From Tubiluchus corallicola (taxonomy: Eukaryota > Animalia > Priapulida): a stretch of DNA of 57,448 nucleotides. The DNA is taken from contig JAQGDQ010001175.1 in assembly GCA_030141605.1 (NCBI GenBank), positions 1 through 57,448 on the forward strand, given 5' to 3'. The position numbers and the translations under genes were made by a program. Below the pieces are notes generated by a model. The model did no database searches and was not told where the DNA came from. It saw only the letters and a program-made list of their open reading frames with translations. Below are positions 13,756 to 26,279 of the stretch, piece by piece (positions within the stretch are counted from its first letter, which is position 1; each line of letters starts with the position of its first letter).

Positions 13756-14957
13756 TTTTTTTTGTTAGAAACTACTTTTCCTAGAAAAGTCGTTTCACAG
13801 AAAAAGTATTTCCTGGAAATACTTTTTAACAGGCGTTTTGGTTGCAAAATCTGCTATTTTAGTAGGACAAGACCTTCGGTTTCCCTTTTCTGTTTGCTTC
13901 TCCTTTTCTACCTCATTCCCCCGTATCGCTGTCACATATTTAGCTTATCTTAACCCTTTCACACCCGTTGTATCCCGTGGGATATGATAATATTTTCTGC
14001 CTTTCAAATTAGCAAAAATTTTAAAATTGGTTAGGGTTAGGGTTAGGATTAGTAGCTGTTAATAGCTATTTTGATTTAAGCCAATAACAATAGACCAAAA
14101 ATAGTGATAAAATGGCAAACTGCAAAATGTACATAGCATAGAAAACTGTGCAAGGTACAGTACTTTAGAGACGACTTTGTACAAATCAGCATGGCATGCA
14201 TACTAAATGTCTTAAATACTTTGAAAAATTATCCGCAGTTACCAAATGAAGCACATTTTTTGCTTTTGTTGTGTTTTTAAAGAGTCGGACTTTGTTTTTT
14301 CTGTACCTTTTTATATTTTCCATTACGACAGCTTCATTTTCATACTGTAGTGTGACCTTGTACCAGGTATATTAGGCTACGTGGGTTAATATTTTGACTG
14401 TATTGTCAGATAATTGAATTTTGAAGCTGTTTTGAGGAATCCATCATTCATGCTTTTATTAATTGTGACGGGGGTGCGGTGTCTCACAGTATCTGTAGTC
14501 CATGGACCTACAAAATCAAAATCCGGTTCAGGTGGGTTTCGAACCCAGGTTTTCATGAAGCCAAGATGTGCTGGTTCAATATTACAAATTGACAAAAATT
14601 GTGTGTTTCCAATAAACTGAAGGTTGAAGCAGAGAAATTAATGTCAAAAGACTTTCCAGTGTCTCATCTTGCGTCTACCATACTAGACAAACTACGGAAC
14701 AGGTGCTTAGATAGTGTACACGCACCTGTCTGTCTGTCTGTCTGTCTGCCTGCTAGACCATATCACATCAGAAATTTTATACGTGCTACGTACTGCGGAT
14801 CAAACCATCGCAATGTAGAAGGGAAGGGGAGGGAGGGAAGGGAAGGGAAGGGGGGAAAATAAGTAACATTTCTCCCTCGTAACAATACATTTTTTTATTT
14901 CAGATATATGTGCATCTAGTACAATCTTCGACGGTATTTAAGCCACGTGTGTTTTTG

Positions 14958-15971
14958 CTAATAATGAGGCACAAATGGCTTTTGTTGCTGAATAGAACCA
15001 CTGCTCACACCCTGCTGCATGCAACACCAGTTATCCATCATGGGTTGCTTCCTTACGTTCGTAAAACCGTAGTCTATGACGTCACGTGGTGACGCAAACG
15101 CCCCGCCACACGTGTCCCTGTAACGTCTGTAATTGTGGGTCTGTATGGCTGGTTTCTGCTTAGCTGCCCTTTCCGCGTAGACCTCTCTGTTCCTATGAAT
15201 GGCGTCCAGGGGTTCAAACTTCTTGTGACAACCGCAGTTTTTGTAGCCGCAACTGTTGACGCCATTAGTTCTTGTGGCGCCATCTTGCTTAATGCCACCA
15301 TTTTGTTTAACATGTCTGTAAACAGGTTTTGCTGGTCTGTAAACAGGTTTTGCTGGTCTTGCTTGCAACATTTGCTGTAAGTAAGTATCCTCGCTATCAA
15401 TCCTACCTATTCCACTTGTTACGGGAAGTCTTTCTTCCTCGTAATCCCCATTTCTGGAGGCATCCCGGCTGGCTCTCATCTTCTTGTAGTACTCGTAATC
15501 TGCTCTAGTGACGTCATCTGGTCTCAAAGACTGTCCCAATGGTTTGTCTTTCTGGTCGCCACAATAGCTGATTCCCCTGTCCATACGGGAGCTGGTCAGT
15601 GGTCTTACGTACGATGGCTGGTCCATACGGGAGCTGGTCCTTGGTCCTATGTACGATGGCTGGTCCATACGGGAGCTGGTCCCTGGTCCTACGTACGATG
15701 GCTGTTCCAAGGCTTCGAAGGTTCTATACGGTCGATAGTACCTCTCAGGCAGGAAGCATCGTACGGGACGCCCCGTCTGTGAAAGGTCATCTATCCGGTC
15801 GTACCTGCGGTATCCGGTAGGCACCGTCGCAGGGCGTGGTGGTATGGTCACCCGATCAATTTCGTCGAGATACTTCCCGAATTTTCTTTGCCATCTTCCC
15901 CGAATGCGCTGTTCTTTCCTGACGGCGTCCCTCCAGAATAACGTGTGTTCGATGCCCATTTCTCTTGCCAT
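14958..15971 (-). CDS. Uncharacterised 337-aa intronless protein with an SPMIP1-like N-terminal motif
   Basis: Long, mostly non-repetitive ORF starting MAREMGIEHTLFWRDAVRKEQRIRGRWQRKFGKY. It contains 3x 14-aa repeats (QPSYVGPGTSSRMD) and 2x PAKPVYR, and is homologous to the spliced gene at 17960-19976. Confidence 0.8.
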   Translation of the reverse strand: MAREMGIEHTLFWRDAVRKEQRIRGRWQRKFGKYLDEIDRVTIPPRPATVPTGYRRYDRIDDLSQTGRPVRCFLPERYYRPYRTFEALEQPSYVGPGTSSRMDQPSYIGPRTSSRMDQPSYVRPLTSSRMDRGISYCGDQKDKPLGQSLRPDDVTRADYEYYKKMRASRDASRNGDYEEERLPVTSGIGRIDSEDTYLQQMLQARPAKPVYRPAKPVYRHVKQNGGIKQDGATRTNGVNSCGYKNCGCHKKFEPLDAIHRNREVYAERAAKQKPAIQTHNYRRYRDTCGGAFASPRDVIDYGFTNVRKQPMMDNWCCMQQGVSSGSIQQQKPFVPHY

Positions 15972-16148
15972 GTTTTTTGACAGCCCTCGTCTTCTTTTTC
16001 CTCTTCTTCTCTTTCTTCTTCTAAATAACTTCTTTGTTTTCTACTATGATGCGTGCACACAATTTGTAGAAACAAGAAATCAGATAAGGAAGAAGCTGGG
16101 AACACTTTCATTAGCAGTTACATACCACACAAAGTCACAGATCACCTG

Positions 16149-16176
16149 GTAACTAGGCAACCGTTGCTATGGCGAT
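16149..16176. promoter_or_regulatory. Tandem RFX X-boxes upstream of the 337-aa gene
   Basis: GTAACTAGGCAAC at 16149-16161 and GTTGCTATGGCGAT at 16163-16176, ~180 bp upstream of the ATG. Confidence 0.65.
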
Positions 16177-17159
16177 ATGATTTGGGTGAGTATAACGCAT
16201 GAAACAATTTTTTTTACTGTTTGCGAATGAAAAGCAACAGAACGAAACTGCATGAGTCTTGTAATTGTTGATTGTAAACAAACAGCCATTCAGTTGCAAC
16301 ACAAAAGCTGATTTTTTCTTCTTTCTGCTCGTCCTGTGAGGTAGAAAAAAGAGATTTTTATGGTCAGGAGAGCCTGTGTGACTGACCAGTGACCGGCTCG
16401 TGACATGTTGTCACTCTTTTTTTATTTATTATTATTATCACATTCAGTACAATATAAAGCACACATTGACATCAAAATTATTACTTCATACTGTATTAAA
16501 TTGTTATGTTTCATACACTATCGTTATCATAAAAGAATAATTCTACTGCAGTGGGCTAGAGAAGCAAAGGCTTGTATAAGCCCACTGTCACGTGAACCCG
16601 ATAAAAAAAGAATGGATGAGTGAACAAAAAAAATGAACTGGGAGAAAGGTTAGATCACACAGGAAGGGTAGAAGGATGTGTTAGTGGAAATGGTAGGAAG
16701 AAAGATAATAGATTGTGCTATGTTGACATCAGCTCTAAAGATTTATCAATGATGCCTTGTTTTGCATAATCTGTACCAGGATTGTGGTACAGATGACTAT
16801 GTGGTACGGATGTGGTACTCTTGACTATGCCTGGTCCAGTGTGGTTTACTCACGTATGATAGAGCGAACAGTGTTGTGGCTCTAGCATTGTTCGTATTGT
16901 TGCTCCGTATCTCTGGCCCTTTTTGTCATACCATTGTCGGAGTCCCCTAATACTAGGCCTAGTAGGCTCACTGTTTACCCTGTAAATTTAGTGCCTCTAG
17001 GCACTAGAATTCTAGAGTTATTTAATGTTGTGTCTTGCTGTCTAAAACTTTATTTTAAAGTTAGATAAAGTTGTTGATTATTCATCTTCTTTCGGTAAAG
17101 TGTTCAATAACTAGATAGCTTGCTTTAATAAAGAATTGTTTCCGTACTTGTTGTCAGCT

Positions 17160-17483
17160 CTAATTTACAGTAGGTACCAGACTAACAATAGAGTGGTGCG
17201 TACTTCATTTGAAATCACATCGGTTCATTCAATTCGCATTTTAATTTACAGTAGGTACCAGACTAACAATAGAGTGGTGCGTACTTCATTTGAAATCACA
17301 TCGGTTCATTCAATTCGCATTTTAATTTACAGTAGGAACCAGACTAACAATAGAGTAGTGCGTACTTCATTTGAAATTACATCGGTTCATTCAATTCGCA
17401 TTTTAATTTACAGTAGGTACCAGACTAACAATAGAGTGGTGCGTACTTCATTTTAAATCGCATCGGCTCATTCAATTCGCATT
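17160..17483. repeat. 81-bp tandem repeat, 4 units
   Basis: Unit TAATTTACAGTAGGTACCAGACTAACAATAGAGTGGTGCGTACTTCATTTG... recurs every 81 bp. Confidence 0.95.
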
Positions 17484-17959
17484 TGTTCCTACTTAACAGT
17501 AGAGATTTGAGATTCGTTCTCTCATGACGCACCGCCCGAACTGATTTTAGTAACTACTCGTCTACTGATTTTTCGTAACCTACTACACTTTGAGGTATAA
17601 CAAAAGTAATCATGTCAACGCCTATAATAATACCAAAGAGTTTCTAGTAATTAAATAATAGTTTAAAAAGTCAACTGACGGCGGGTGAGCCCAACTAGTG
17701 CTGACGTCACAACTGAACATAATTTTCAACATTACAAACATTTCAGACGATTGTTTTGAGCTATAGTGTAAAATTGGATCCGGTTTTCCGTTAAACTGAC
17801 CTCACAAAATGGACGCTTAGTTATATTAAAACTTACAATGCGTCTTTTTTATTTCTACAAACATGTCTACAAGATTTTAAAATTAATATGCGGGCATCCA
17901 TTATATCCAAAAACATCAGGCGTCCTCTAGCTCGCTAACAATGGGCGATGTTTACAGCT

Positions 17960-19976
17960 TCACGTGGTCGTCACGTGATCTCGATTTCTGGTCACGTGAT
18001 TTTGGTCTCTGATCACGTGATCTGTGAAATCTTTGTAATATATAGAATACGTGGCTTGGTACTTGGCGGCTTTTCCATCACTGAAGACGCTGAAATCTCT
18101 GTAGGGTTGGTGATACCTTTCTGGCCACAGACAAGTGACTTGACGGGTGTGTGAAATTTTCCCGTATGTGTCCAGTCCTGGATGACGGTATCCTGTACAT
18201 GCAGTCACGGGACGTTGCTGTGGCGCTACCTACAATAAGAGAAGCCTTTTAAATAACTTGATTTATTCACCTGGACATTTTATTTGTCCTGTTTATCCTT
18301 GATCCGTTTTTACATCAATCCATCATTTCCTCCATCTATCCGTCATTTCCTTCATCAATCCATCATTTCCTTCATCAATCCATCATTTCCTTCATCAATC
18401 CATCATTTCCTTCATCAATCCATCATTTCCTTCATCTATCCATCATTTCCTTCATCAATCCATCATTTCCTTCATCAATCCATCATTTCCTTCATCAATC
18501 CATCATTTCCTTCATCAATCCATCATTTCCTTCATCTGTCTATTATTTCCTTCATCAATCCATCATTTCCTTCATCAATCCATCATTTCCTTCATCTATC
18601 CATCATTTCCTTCATCAATCCATCATTTCCTTCATCTGTCCATTATTTCCTTCATCAATCCATCATTTCCTTCATCAATCCATCATTTCCTTCATCAATC
18701 CATCATTTCCTTCATCAATCCATCATTTCCTTCATCAATCCATCATTTCCTTCATCAATCCATCATTTCCTTCATCTATCCATCATTTCCTTCATCAATC
18801 CATCATTTCCTTCATCAATCCATCATTTCCTTCATCTATCCATCATTTCCTTCATCAATCCATCATTTCCTTCATCTGTCCATCATTTCCTTCATCTGTC
18901 CGTCTGTATCTTCTGTCTATCTGTATGTCTATTTTGCACGTCTGTCTGACTAACTTTTTACTGTCTGCATGCCTGCTTGCCTCTCTACCAACTTATTTAA
19001 GTAATTACTTACTTACCTAACCACCAATCTACTTACCTACCTACCTACCTACTTACCTACCTACCTACCTACCTACCTACCTACCTACCTACCTACCTAC
19101 CTACCTACCTACCTACCTACCTACCTACCTACCTACCTACCTACCTACCTACCTACCTACCTACCTACCTACCTACCTACCTACCTACCTACCTACCTAC
19201 CTACCTACCTACCTACCTACCTACTTACCTACCTACTTACCTACCTACCTACCTACCTACCTACCTACCTACCTACCTACCTACCTACCTACCTACTTAC
19301 CTACCTACTTACCTACCTACCTACCTACCTACCTCCCTACCTACCTAACTGCCTATCTACCTACCTGCCTACGTAACCAGCTACCTATCAACCTAGATAC
19401 GTGCCTACCTACCTACCTACCTGCCTAACTAACTACCTACCTACCTACCTACCTACATACCTACATACCTGCCCGGCTACCTACCTACCTACCTACCTGC
19501 CTACCTACTTACATACCTACCTACCTACCTACCTACCTACCTATGCCTAGTTACTTACATACCTGGCTACCTACCTACCTCCCATCTACCTATTTTTGTT
19601 ATCTACCTACTTACCGACCTACCTATCTATCAGCCTGTCTAATAACCTACCTACGTAGCTACCTACATAATAAAGTAACTTCCAATCAATGTACCTGTGT
19701 AGTTATGTCTAGGTACCTGTCAATCTGCCTTAGAAAAAACCATCTGCCCAAACCCGTGACCATTCTCGTAGGGCATGAATCATTTAAACACCGCTATCTA
19801 GTGCTGCCCTCTACTGTTGAACAGGTAACATAAATTCTATTAAATACCTCAGTTGGAACTTCTACATTAGGAAAGTATTTTCCGTACGTTCTTGCCCAAG
19901 CTGCGCGCGCAGCGTTTTCCTTGTTGATGATTTCCCGCCAGTAATTCGTGTGATTCACCCCTTGTTCTCGCGCCAT
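17960..19976 (-). CDS. Uncharacterised 132-aa two-exon paralog of the 337-aa gene
   Basis: Exon 19976-19848 ([43 protein letters not shown], donor GTATTT, phase 0) joins exon 18229-17960 (acceptor tcttattgtag; [18 protein letters not shown]...[14 protein letters not shown]...TTT*). Both exons align to the 337-aa protein. Confidence 0.8.
18312..18900. repeat. 20-bp minisatellite (intronic)
   Basis: Unit CATCAATCCATCATTTCCTT, ~29 units. Confidence 0.95.
19005..19665. repeat. (CCTA)n microsatellite (intronic)
   Basis: Visible directly. Confidence 0.95.
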
Positions 19977-20228
19977 CTTCTGGAAGATTCTGGAACGATT
20001 TCCGGATTTTAAATGCCGCACTTCGATGCTCCCCGAAGCTCGAGGGACGTCTTCCTGTCAGGCTCTTCGCTTGTCCGCCATCTTGAACATTTTGCTTGTT
20101 CAAACGTCAGCAAAATGCGATAGCCATTGGTCACCAACTGACCAAGCAACGAGTGCTGCAACGATGTAAATTAGAGAACGTTAGTCTTGGAGTTTACAGA
20201 GCAGACAACGCAGTAACCTCAGAGCCTA

Positions 20229-20248
20229 TGACGTCACAATTGACGTCA
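20229..20248. promoter_or_regulatory. Paired CRE palindromes upstream of the 132-aa gene
   Basis: TGACGTCA at 20229-20236 and 20241-20248. Confidence 0.6.
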
Positions 20249-20425
20249 TCAAAGCTAGTGCAGTAGTTACGATTACGTCGTAGTAGCAAAAGTCTTCACC
20301 TTCTTTTAAGAAGCCATTGACGCATGCGTAGTACTTTGATATCTCGTCTTTAACATGCGACAAATAAACACTCTTTATAAATAATTAAATAAATAAAATA
20401 AATAAATAAATAAAAAGCTTAAAAG

Positions 20426-21485
20426 GTCGTCTTGAAACTTTATATTATGTGCATGTTGTCCTGTTGCATACAGAGCTTGCGATGGCAGTAAAGCTGTATA
20501 AAACTTGTAAATTTAAACTAACTATAATGACCATTAAGTGCAGCCATTTTAACAGTATGTCGTCTTGAAATTTTATATTATGTGCATGCTGTCCTGTTGC
20601 ATACAGAGCTTGCGATGGCAGTAAAGCTGTATAAAACTTGTAAATTTAAACTAACTATAATGACCATTAAGTGCAGCCATTTTAACAGTATGTCGTCTTG
20701 AAATTTTATATTATGTGCATGCTGTCCTGTTGCATACAGAGCTTGCGATGGCAGTAACGCTGTATAAAACTTGTAAATTTAAACTAACTATGATGACCAT
20801 TAAGTGCAGCCATTTTAACAGTATGTCGTCTTGAAATTTTATATTATGTGCATGCTGTCCTGTTGCATGCAGAGCTTGCGATGGCAGTAACGCTGTATAA
20901 AACTTGTAAATTTAAACTAACTATAATGACCATTAAGTGCAGCCATTTTAACAGTATGTCGTCTTGAAATTTTATATCATGTGCATGCTGTCCTGTTGCA
21001 TACAGAGCTTGCGATGGCAGTAACGCTGTATAAAACTTGTAAATTTAAACTAACTATGATGTCCATTAAGTGCAGCCATTTTAACAGTATGTCATCTTGA
21101 AATTTTATATCATGTACATGTTGTCCTGTTGCATATAGAGCTTGCGATGGCAGTAACGCTGTATAAAACTTGTAAATTTAAACTAACTATGATGTCCATT
21201 AAGTGCAGCCATTTTAACAGTATGTCATCTTGAAATTTTATATCATGTACATGTTGTCCTGTTGCATATAGAGCTTGCGATGGCAGTAATGCTGTATAAA
21301 ACTTGTAAATTTAAACTAACTCTGATGACTATTAAGTGCAGCCATTTTAACAGTATGTCATCTTGAAATTTTATATCATGTACATGTTGTCCTGTTGCAT
21401 ATAGAGCTTGCGATGGCAGTAATGCTGTATAAAACTTGTAAATTTAAACTAACTCTGATGACCATTAAGTGCAGCCATTCTAACA
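20426..21485. repeat. 133-bp tandem repeat, 8 units
   Basis: GTCGTCTTGAAA starts at 20426, 20559, 20692 and so on; variants spread progressively along the array. Confidence 0.95.
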
Positions 21486-22054
21486 AACTCAGAGCATTTC
21501 TAATACATTTTTCACTAACTAATCAAAAGTTTAAATGACTTTATATTGTCAATGTGAAGTATAATGTGTTTTTTGTGAATCAGCGGTGCACACTGGGATA
21601 GCGATGCCATGCCGCTTTACCAGGTCATGCGAACATTTTAAATTATCAAAAAAAATTTTTAGTTACATAAGTTTTTCAAGTACAAGTCATTGTACAGAAA
21701 GTTCTTCCACGACGTACTTCCTTCTCTCCCCACTTAAGCTCCTCTTCCTCCTTCTCTCCATTTAAACAATCATTACATTCAATGGATACATAATTGTTTC
21801 ATTTCTACATCGTTATAACATAATTCTTTTTAAGGCTGTCGGGACAGAAGAAAAGAAATGTTGGTGGAAGTTGGAATTGTGCATTATAATTAGGTGCTGC
21901 CATCTATGGGCTAATCCTGTTACATTCTACCAGCTGACTACTTCAGTATAATTGTATGGTCCAGTGAATGCATACACACTGGTCCTCTCCCTATTTAAAA
22001 GTAATGGTTGTTGTGAAGCCTGTGCAACTCTGCGTAGGTAAAGTCCTGTACGTA

Positions 22055-22132
22055 AACATAGACATAGACATAGACATAGACATAGACACAGACATAGACA
22101 TAGACATAGACATAGACACAGACATAGACATA
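22055..22132. repeat. (GACATA)n hexamer microsatellite
   Basis: Visible directly. Confidence 0.9.
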
Positions 22133-22454
22133 GCACATTTATTTTCCCCAATTAGTTTGACATAAAAAGTTTTTTTAGATATTACGTAATTATAATCGTG
22201 GAGTAGGGGAGGGAAGGACCATAGGGTCATCTAGTCTCCTGCCCTTTCTTATAAATAGATTGGTATATTAAAAATTAACGGTGATGCTGCAGATAACAAA
22301 AACAAGAACAAATAAGAAAAAAATACAAATAAAAACAGTATAAATGATACAAATTATCCAAAAAGAACTGAAAACAAAAAAATAATGATAATAAAGTTGG
22401 ATACCAAAATCTAAACAATATACCTGTATATACTGACTGTTTTTGCTTTCTAGT

Positions 22455-23437
22455 CACTCTCACTCTCAGTGGTCAGTGCAGGACACTCTCACTCTCAGTG
22501 TTCAGTGCAGGACACTCTCACTCTCAGTGTTCAGTGCAGGACATTCTCACTCTCAGTGGTCAGTGCAGGACACTCTCACTCTCAGTGTTCAGTGCAGGAC
22601 ACTCTCACTCTCAGTGTTCAGTGCAGGACACTCTCACTCTCAGTGGTCAGTGCAGGACACTCTCATTCTCAGTGGTCTGTGCAGGACACTCTCACTCTCA
22701 GTGTTCAGTGCAGGACACTCTCACTCTCAGTGTTCAGTGCAGGACACTCTCACTCTCAGTGTTCAGTGCAGGACACTCTCACTCTCAGTGGTCAGTGCAG
22801 GACACTCTCACTCTCAGTGGTCTGTGCAGGACACTCTCACTCTCAGTGGTCTGTGCAGGACACTCTCACTCTCAGTGGTCAGTGCAGGACACTCTCACTC
22901 TCAGTGTTCAGTGCAGGACACTCTCACTCTCAGTGTTCAGTGCAGGACACTCTCACTCTCAGTGTTCAGTGCAGGACACTCTCACTCTCAGTGTTCAGTG
23001 CAGGACACTCTCACTCTCAGTGGTCAGTGCAGGACACTCTCACTCTCAGTGTTCAGTGCAGGACACTCTCACTCTCAGTGTTCAGTGCAGGACACTCTCA
23101 CTCTCAGTGGTCAGTGCAGGACACTCTCACTCTCAGTGTTCAGTGCAGGACACTCTCACTCTCAGTGGTCTGTGCAGGACACTCTCACTCTCAGTGGTCA
23201 GTGCAGGACACTCTCACTCTCAGTGTTCAGTGCAGGACACTCTCACTCTCAGTGTTCAGTGCAGGACACTCTCACTCTCAGTGGTCTGTGCAGGACACTC
23301 TCACTCTCAGTGTTCAGTGCAGGACACTCTCACTCTCAGTGTTCAGTGCAGGAGACTCTCACTCTCAGTGGTCTGTGCAGGACACTCTCACTCTCAGTGT
23401 TCAGTGCAGGACACTCTCACTCTCAGTGTTCAGTGCA
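22455..23437. repeat. 29-bp minisatellite
   Basis: Unit CACTCTCACTCTCAGTG(T/G)TC(A/T)GTGCAGGA, ~34 units; open in all three + frames because the unit lacks stops. Confidence 0.95.
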
Positions 23438-24447
23438 GCAGTTATGCTACTCATGTGTCTGTAGTTTAATAAACACTTTTCTGTCCTATTCACACTTCTC
23501 TGTGTCTAAACTCAATCATAACAAAGTGAGTGAACAACAACTTCAACTTTCACAGGCTCCATTATCATGGTGTCGTCTCCAAAAACGTTATTTGGGTTCT
23601 TGGACACACTGGACATAAACACAATCCTAGAAGGATCAAACGTCTAGATGATAGCTGATTATTAGTTCCATCTGTTTGTCCACAAAACGTCACGTGATTT
23701 GATCGGCTTCATTAGATATTCAAAAGGCAAACAAGAAATCAACTGACTGACCAACCAATTTGCCAAGTAACCGAGTAACCAGAAAGAGAACATTGTTGGT
23801 GTAGCGAGATTAATGGTCATTTTGAGAAAAAAGCAAACAAGAGTGCATCTCTCCCTCTCTCTCTCTCTGCCGCTCTCTTTCTCTGTTTCTTTCTCTCTCT
23901 TTCTCTCTCTCTCTGCTTCACTCACTCACTCACTCACTCACTCACTCACTCACTCACTGACTCATTCACTCAATAGGGTGGCTTCTAAGTGCGAAATAGG
24001 TGAAAATTCACAAAGAAGCAGAACATCTGCTTATATACTTAGTTTTTCTCTCGAGCCTCTTGTCTGTGGAATTCTTTCCTCAAAATTTTTTGCCTGATTT
24101 CCTTTTTCCATGATTCAAGAACATGCGCTCAACAGCTGAACCTGTCCTCCTATCCATTGTAGCCGCTGTCCAGAAAGCAGAAAAGCAAAGCAAGGAAAAG
24201 ACAACAAAAATGAAAACAACAATCACCAAAAAGGAATTTAATTGCAATATAACTATAAAATTATTATGCACATTGTAAGATCATTTGTTGTAACGATAGA
24301 TACAAGGTTCCCTGTCATCCCCTCCCTTTCACCCCCCCCCACCCCAAGAAATGCATTTGACTAATAGTTTTAGTACTTTTGCTCACAGTTAATCAAAAGT
24401 AAATACAAATTAAAATCATTGCTGCCACAAGAGGTCACCAGAGTTTC

Positions 24448-24686
24448 CTACAGCGTCACCCCATTCTTCCTGTAAAAAAACCGCATAGAGTGTGACAGTG
24501 GATAGTAGGGATCCGGGATTCCCTGATTTTGCCGGATGTCCCAACCGATCTCCAGTGAACTCGTGACCGGATATTCGTACCTTCAGGGAAAAAACAAAAT
24601 GTCACAACAAAATAGGAACGTTTAGAAATAAAAAACACAAATATATGAGTAGACATAGAAAGAAGGCCTATTATTAAACAATCAGG

Positions 24687-24720
<34 letters not shown>

Positions 24721-24869
24721 AAACAGACAAACAAACAGACAAACAGACAAACAGACAAACAGACAAACAGACAGACAGACAAGACAGACAGACAGACAAG
24801 ACAGACAGACTGATAGACAAGACAGACAGACAGACAAACAGACAAACAGACAAACAGACAAACAGACAA

Positions 24870-24908
<39 letters not shown>

Positions 24909-24945
24909 AACAGACAGACAGACAAGACAGACAGATTAACAGACA

Positions 24946-24980
<35 letters not shown>

Positions 24981-26195
24981 GAAACTAAAATAGAGACTTT
25001 AAATGTAAAATGTCTAATAATTTAACCAATATGATAAGAACTCGTTTAGGTTTTTTCGGCACACTGCCGGCTGCGATAAAGTCAACTGAATTCAGATTTC
25101 CTACTTGGCGCATGCGCAGAAAGTTTAGACCAAATGTTTCTGACGTGCGCAGGAAGTGTGGCCCTCGCATGCGCAAACAGTTTAATTCTCACACTTCACG
25201 CATACACAGGAAGTTACGTCATGAAAATTTGGGCATCGGACGAACAGAGAGACAAGCAGACGATCACACGTCAAATAGGGAAAGTGACAAAAAGTAGAGA
25301 AGACAGACAAACAAATTCATAAACAGATCAAACAAGCAAGGCAACAACTAAATAAAGAGCAGTCAAACAACAACAACAACAAGCAACTATATAAACAAAT
25401 AAACAAACTGCTGGACAGATCAAACAAGCAAGACAACAACTAAATAAAGAGCAGTCAAACAACAACAAGCAACTATATAAACAAATAAACAAACTGATGG
25501 ACAGATCAAACAAGCAAGACAACAACTAAATAAAGAGCAGTCAAACAACAACAAGCAACAACAACAACAAACAAGCAACTATATAAACAAATAAACAAAC
25601 TGATGGGTAGATCAAACAAGCAAGACAACAACTAAATAAGGAGCAGCTAAATAGCAACAACAACAACAAGCAACTACATAAACAAACAAATAAGCAAGTC
25701 AATAAGCAGCAAACAAATAAACAAATATACATACAAACAAACATAAATACAAAATCACATTTTCAAAAAAACAATAAACAATCAGAACCTATCTTCTGGG
25801 TCGATATTCATTCTGGTTCTTAGATACTCATGGCGTCCCTGCTGTTCCTTGGTAACGCCCTTGTACAACAACTTTCTCACATCTGATGGGACAGGACGCT
25901 GGAAGGGTGGGGTGGTATCAACGTCCAGCTTGGCAGCCAATTCTAAGAGGACGTCCAGTTCACTGGGTTTCCTCCTGTAATGAATCCTACACGCCGGGAC
26001 CTCGCATGGCTTCTCTTCACTTGGTGTCTCTCCTTTGCGCATGCTCAGTAGTCTGGCTTCAGCAGCAGCTTTCTGCTCTTCCTCTACGTCATTCTTGTAT
26101 TTCGTGAACCACGTGGTCCGGGCTCGATTCTCGTTGGCGACGAGCTCCTTCAGGAAGTTCTGGCGGATGAAGCCCATATTCAGTTCCCGGGCCAT
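24448..26195 (-). CDS. SPMIP1: SPMIP1/ATP6V1FNB homolog, copy 2 (complete, 179 aa)
   Basis: Exons 26195-25789 and 24580-24448 (…EDR|[43 protein letters not shown]). The exon 1 translation is identical to copy 1. Confidence 0.88.
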
Positions 26196-26279
26196 CTTGA
26201 ATTTCTGCTGTGTGTCTTTAAAAGATGACTGGAGTTGATGATGACAGCGTCAGCTTACAGGTGCCAGTTGTGAAAATGA

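Noticed and set aside
13950-14389. TTAACCC...GGGTTAA piggyBac-like MITE containing a short TTAGGG run
   Set aside because: The inverted match does not extend beyond CCC/GGG, and ~3 telomere-like units are too few to call.
18284-18949. 221-aa repetitive ORF
   Set aside because: 20-bp intronic minisatellite on the strand opposite the real gene.
22443-23618. Long ORFs (323-391 aa) in all three + frames
   Set aside because: They are translations of a stop-free 29-bp minisatellite whose period is not a multiple of 3.
21920-24271. Possible small exons around the 29-bp satellite (~21933-22036, ~23566-23657, 24080-24170)
   Set aside because: Splice-like signals exist, but I could not build a consistent open frame or recognise homology.
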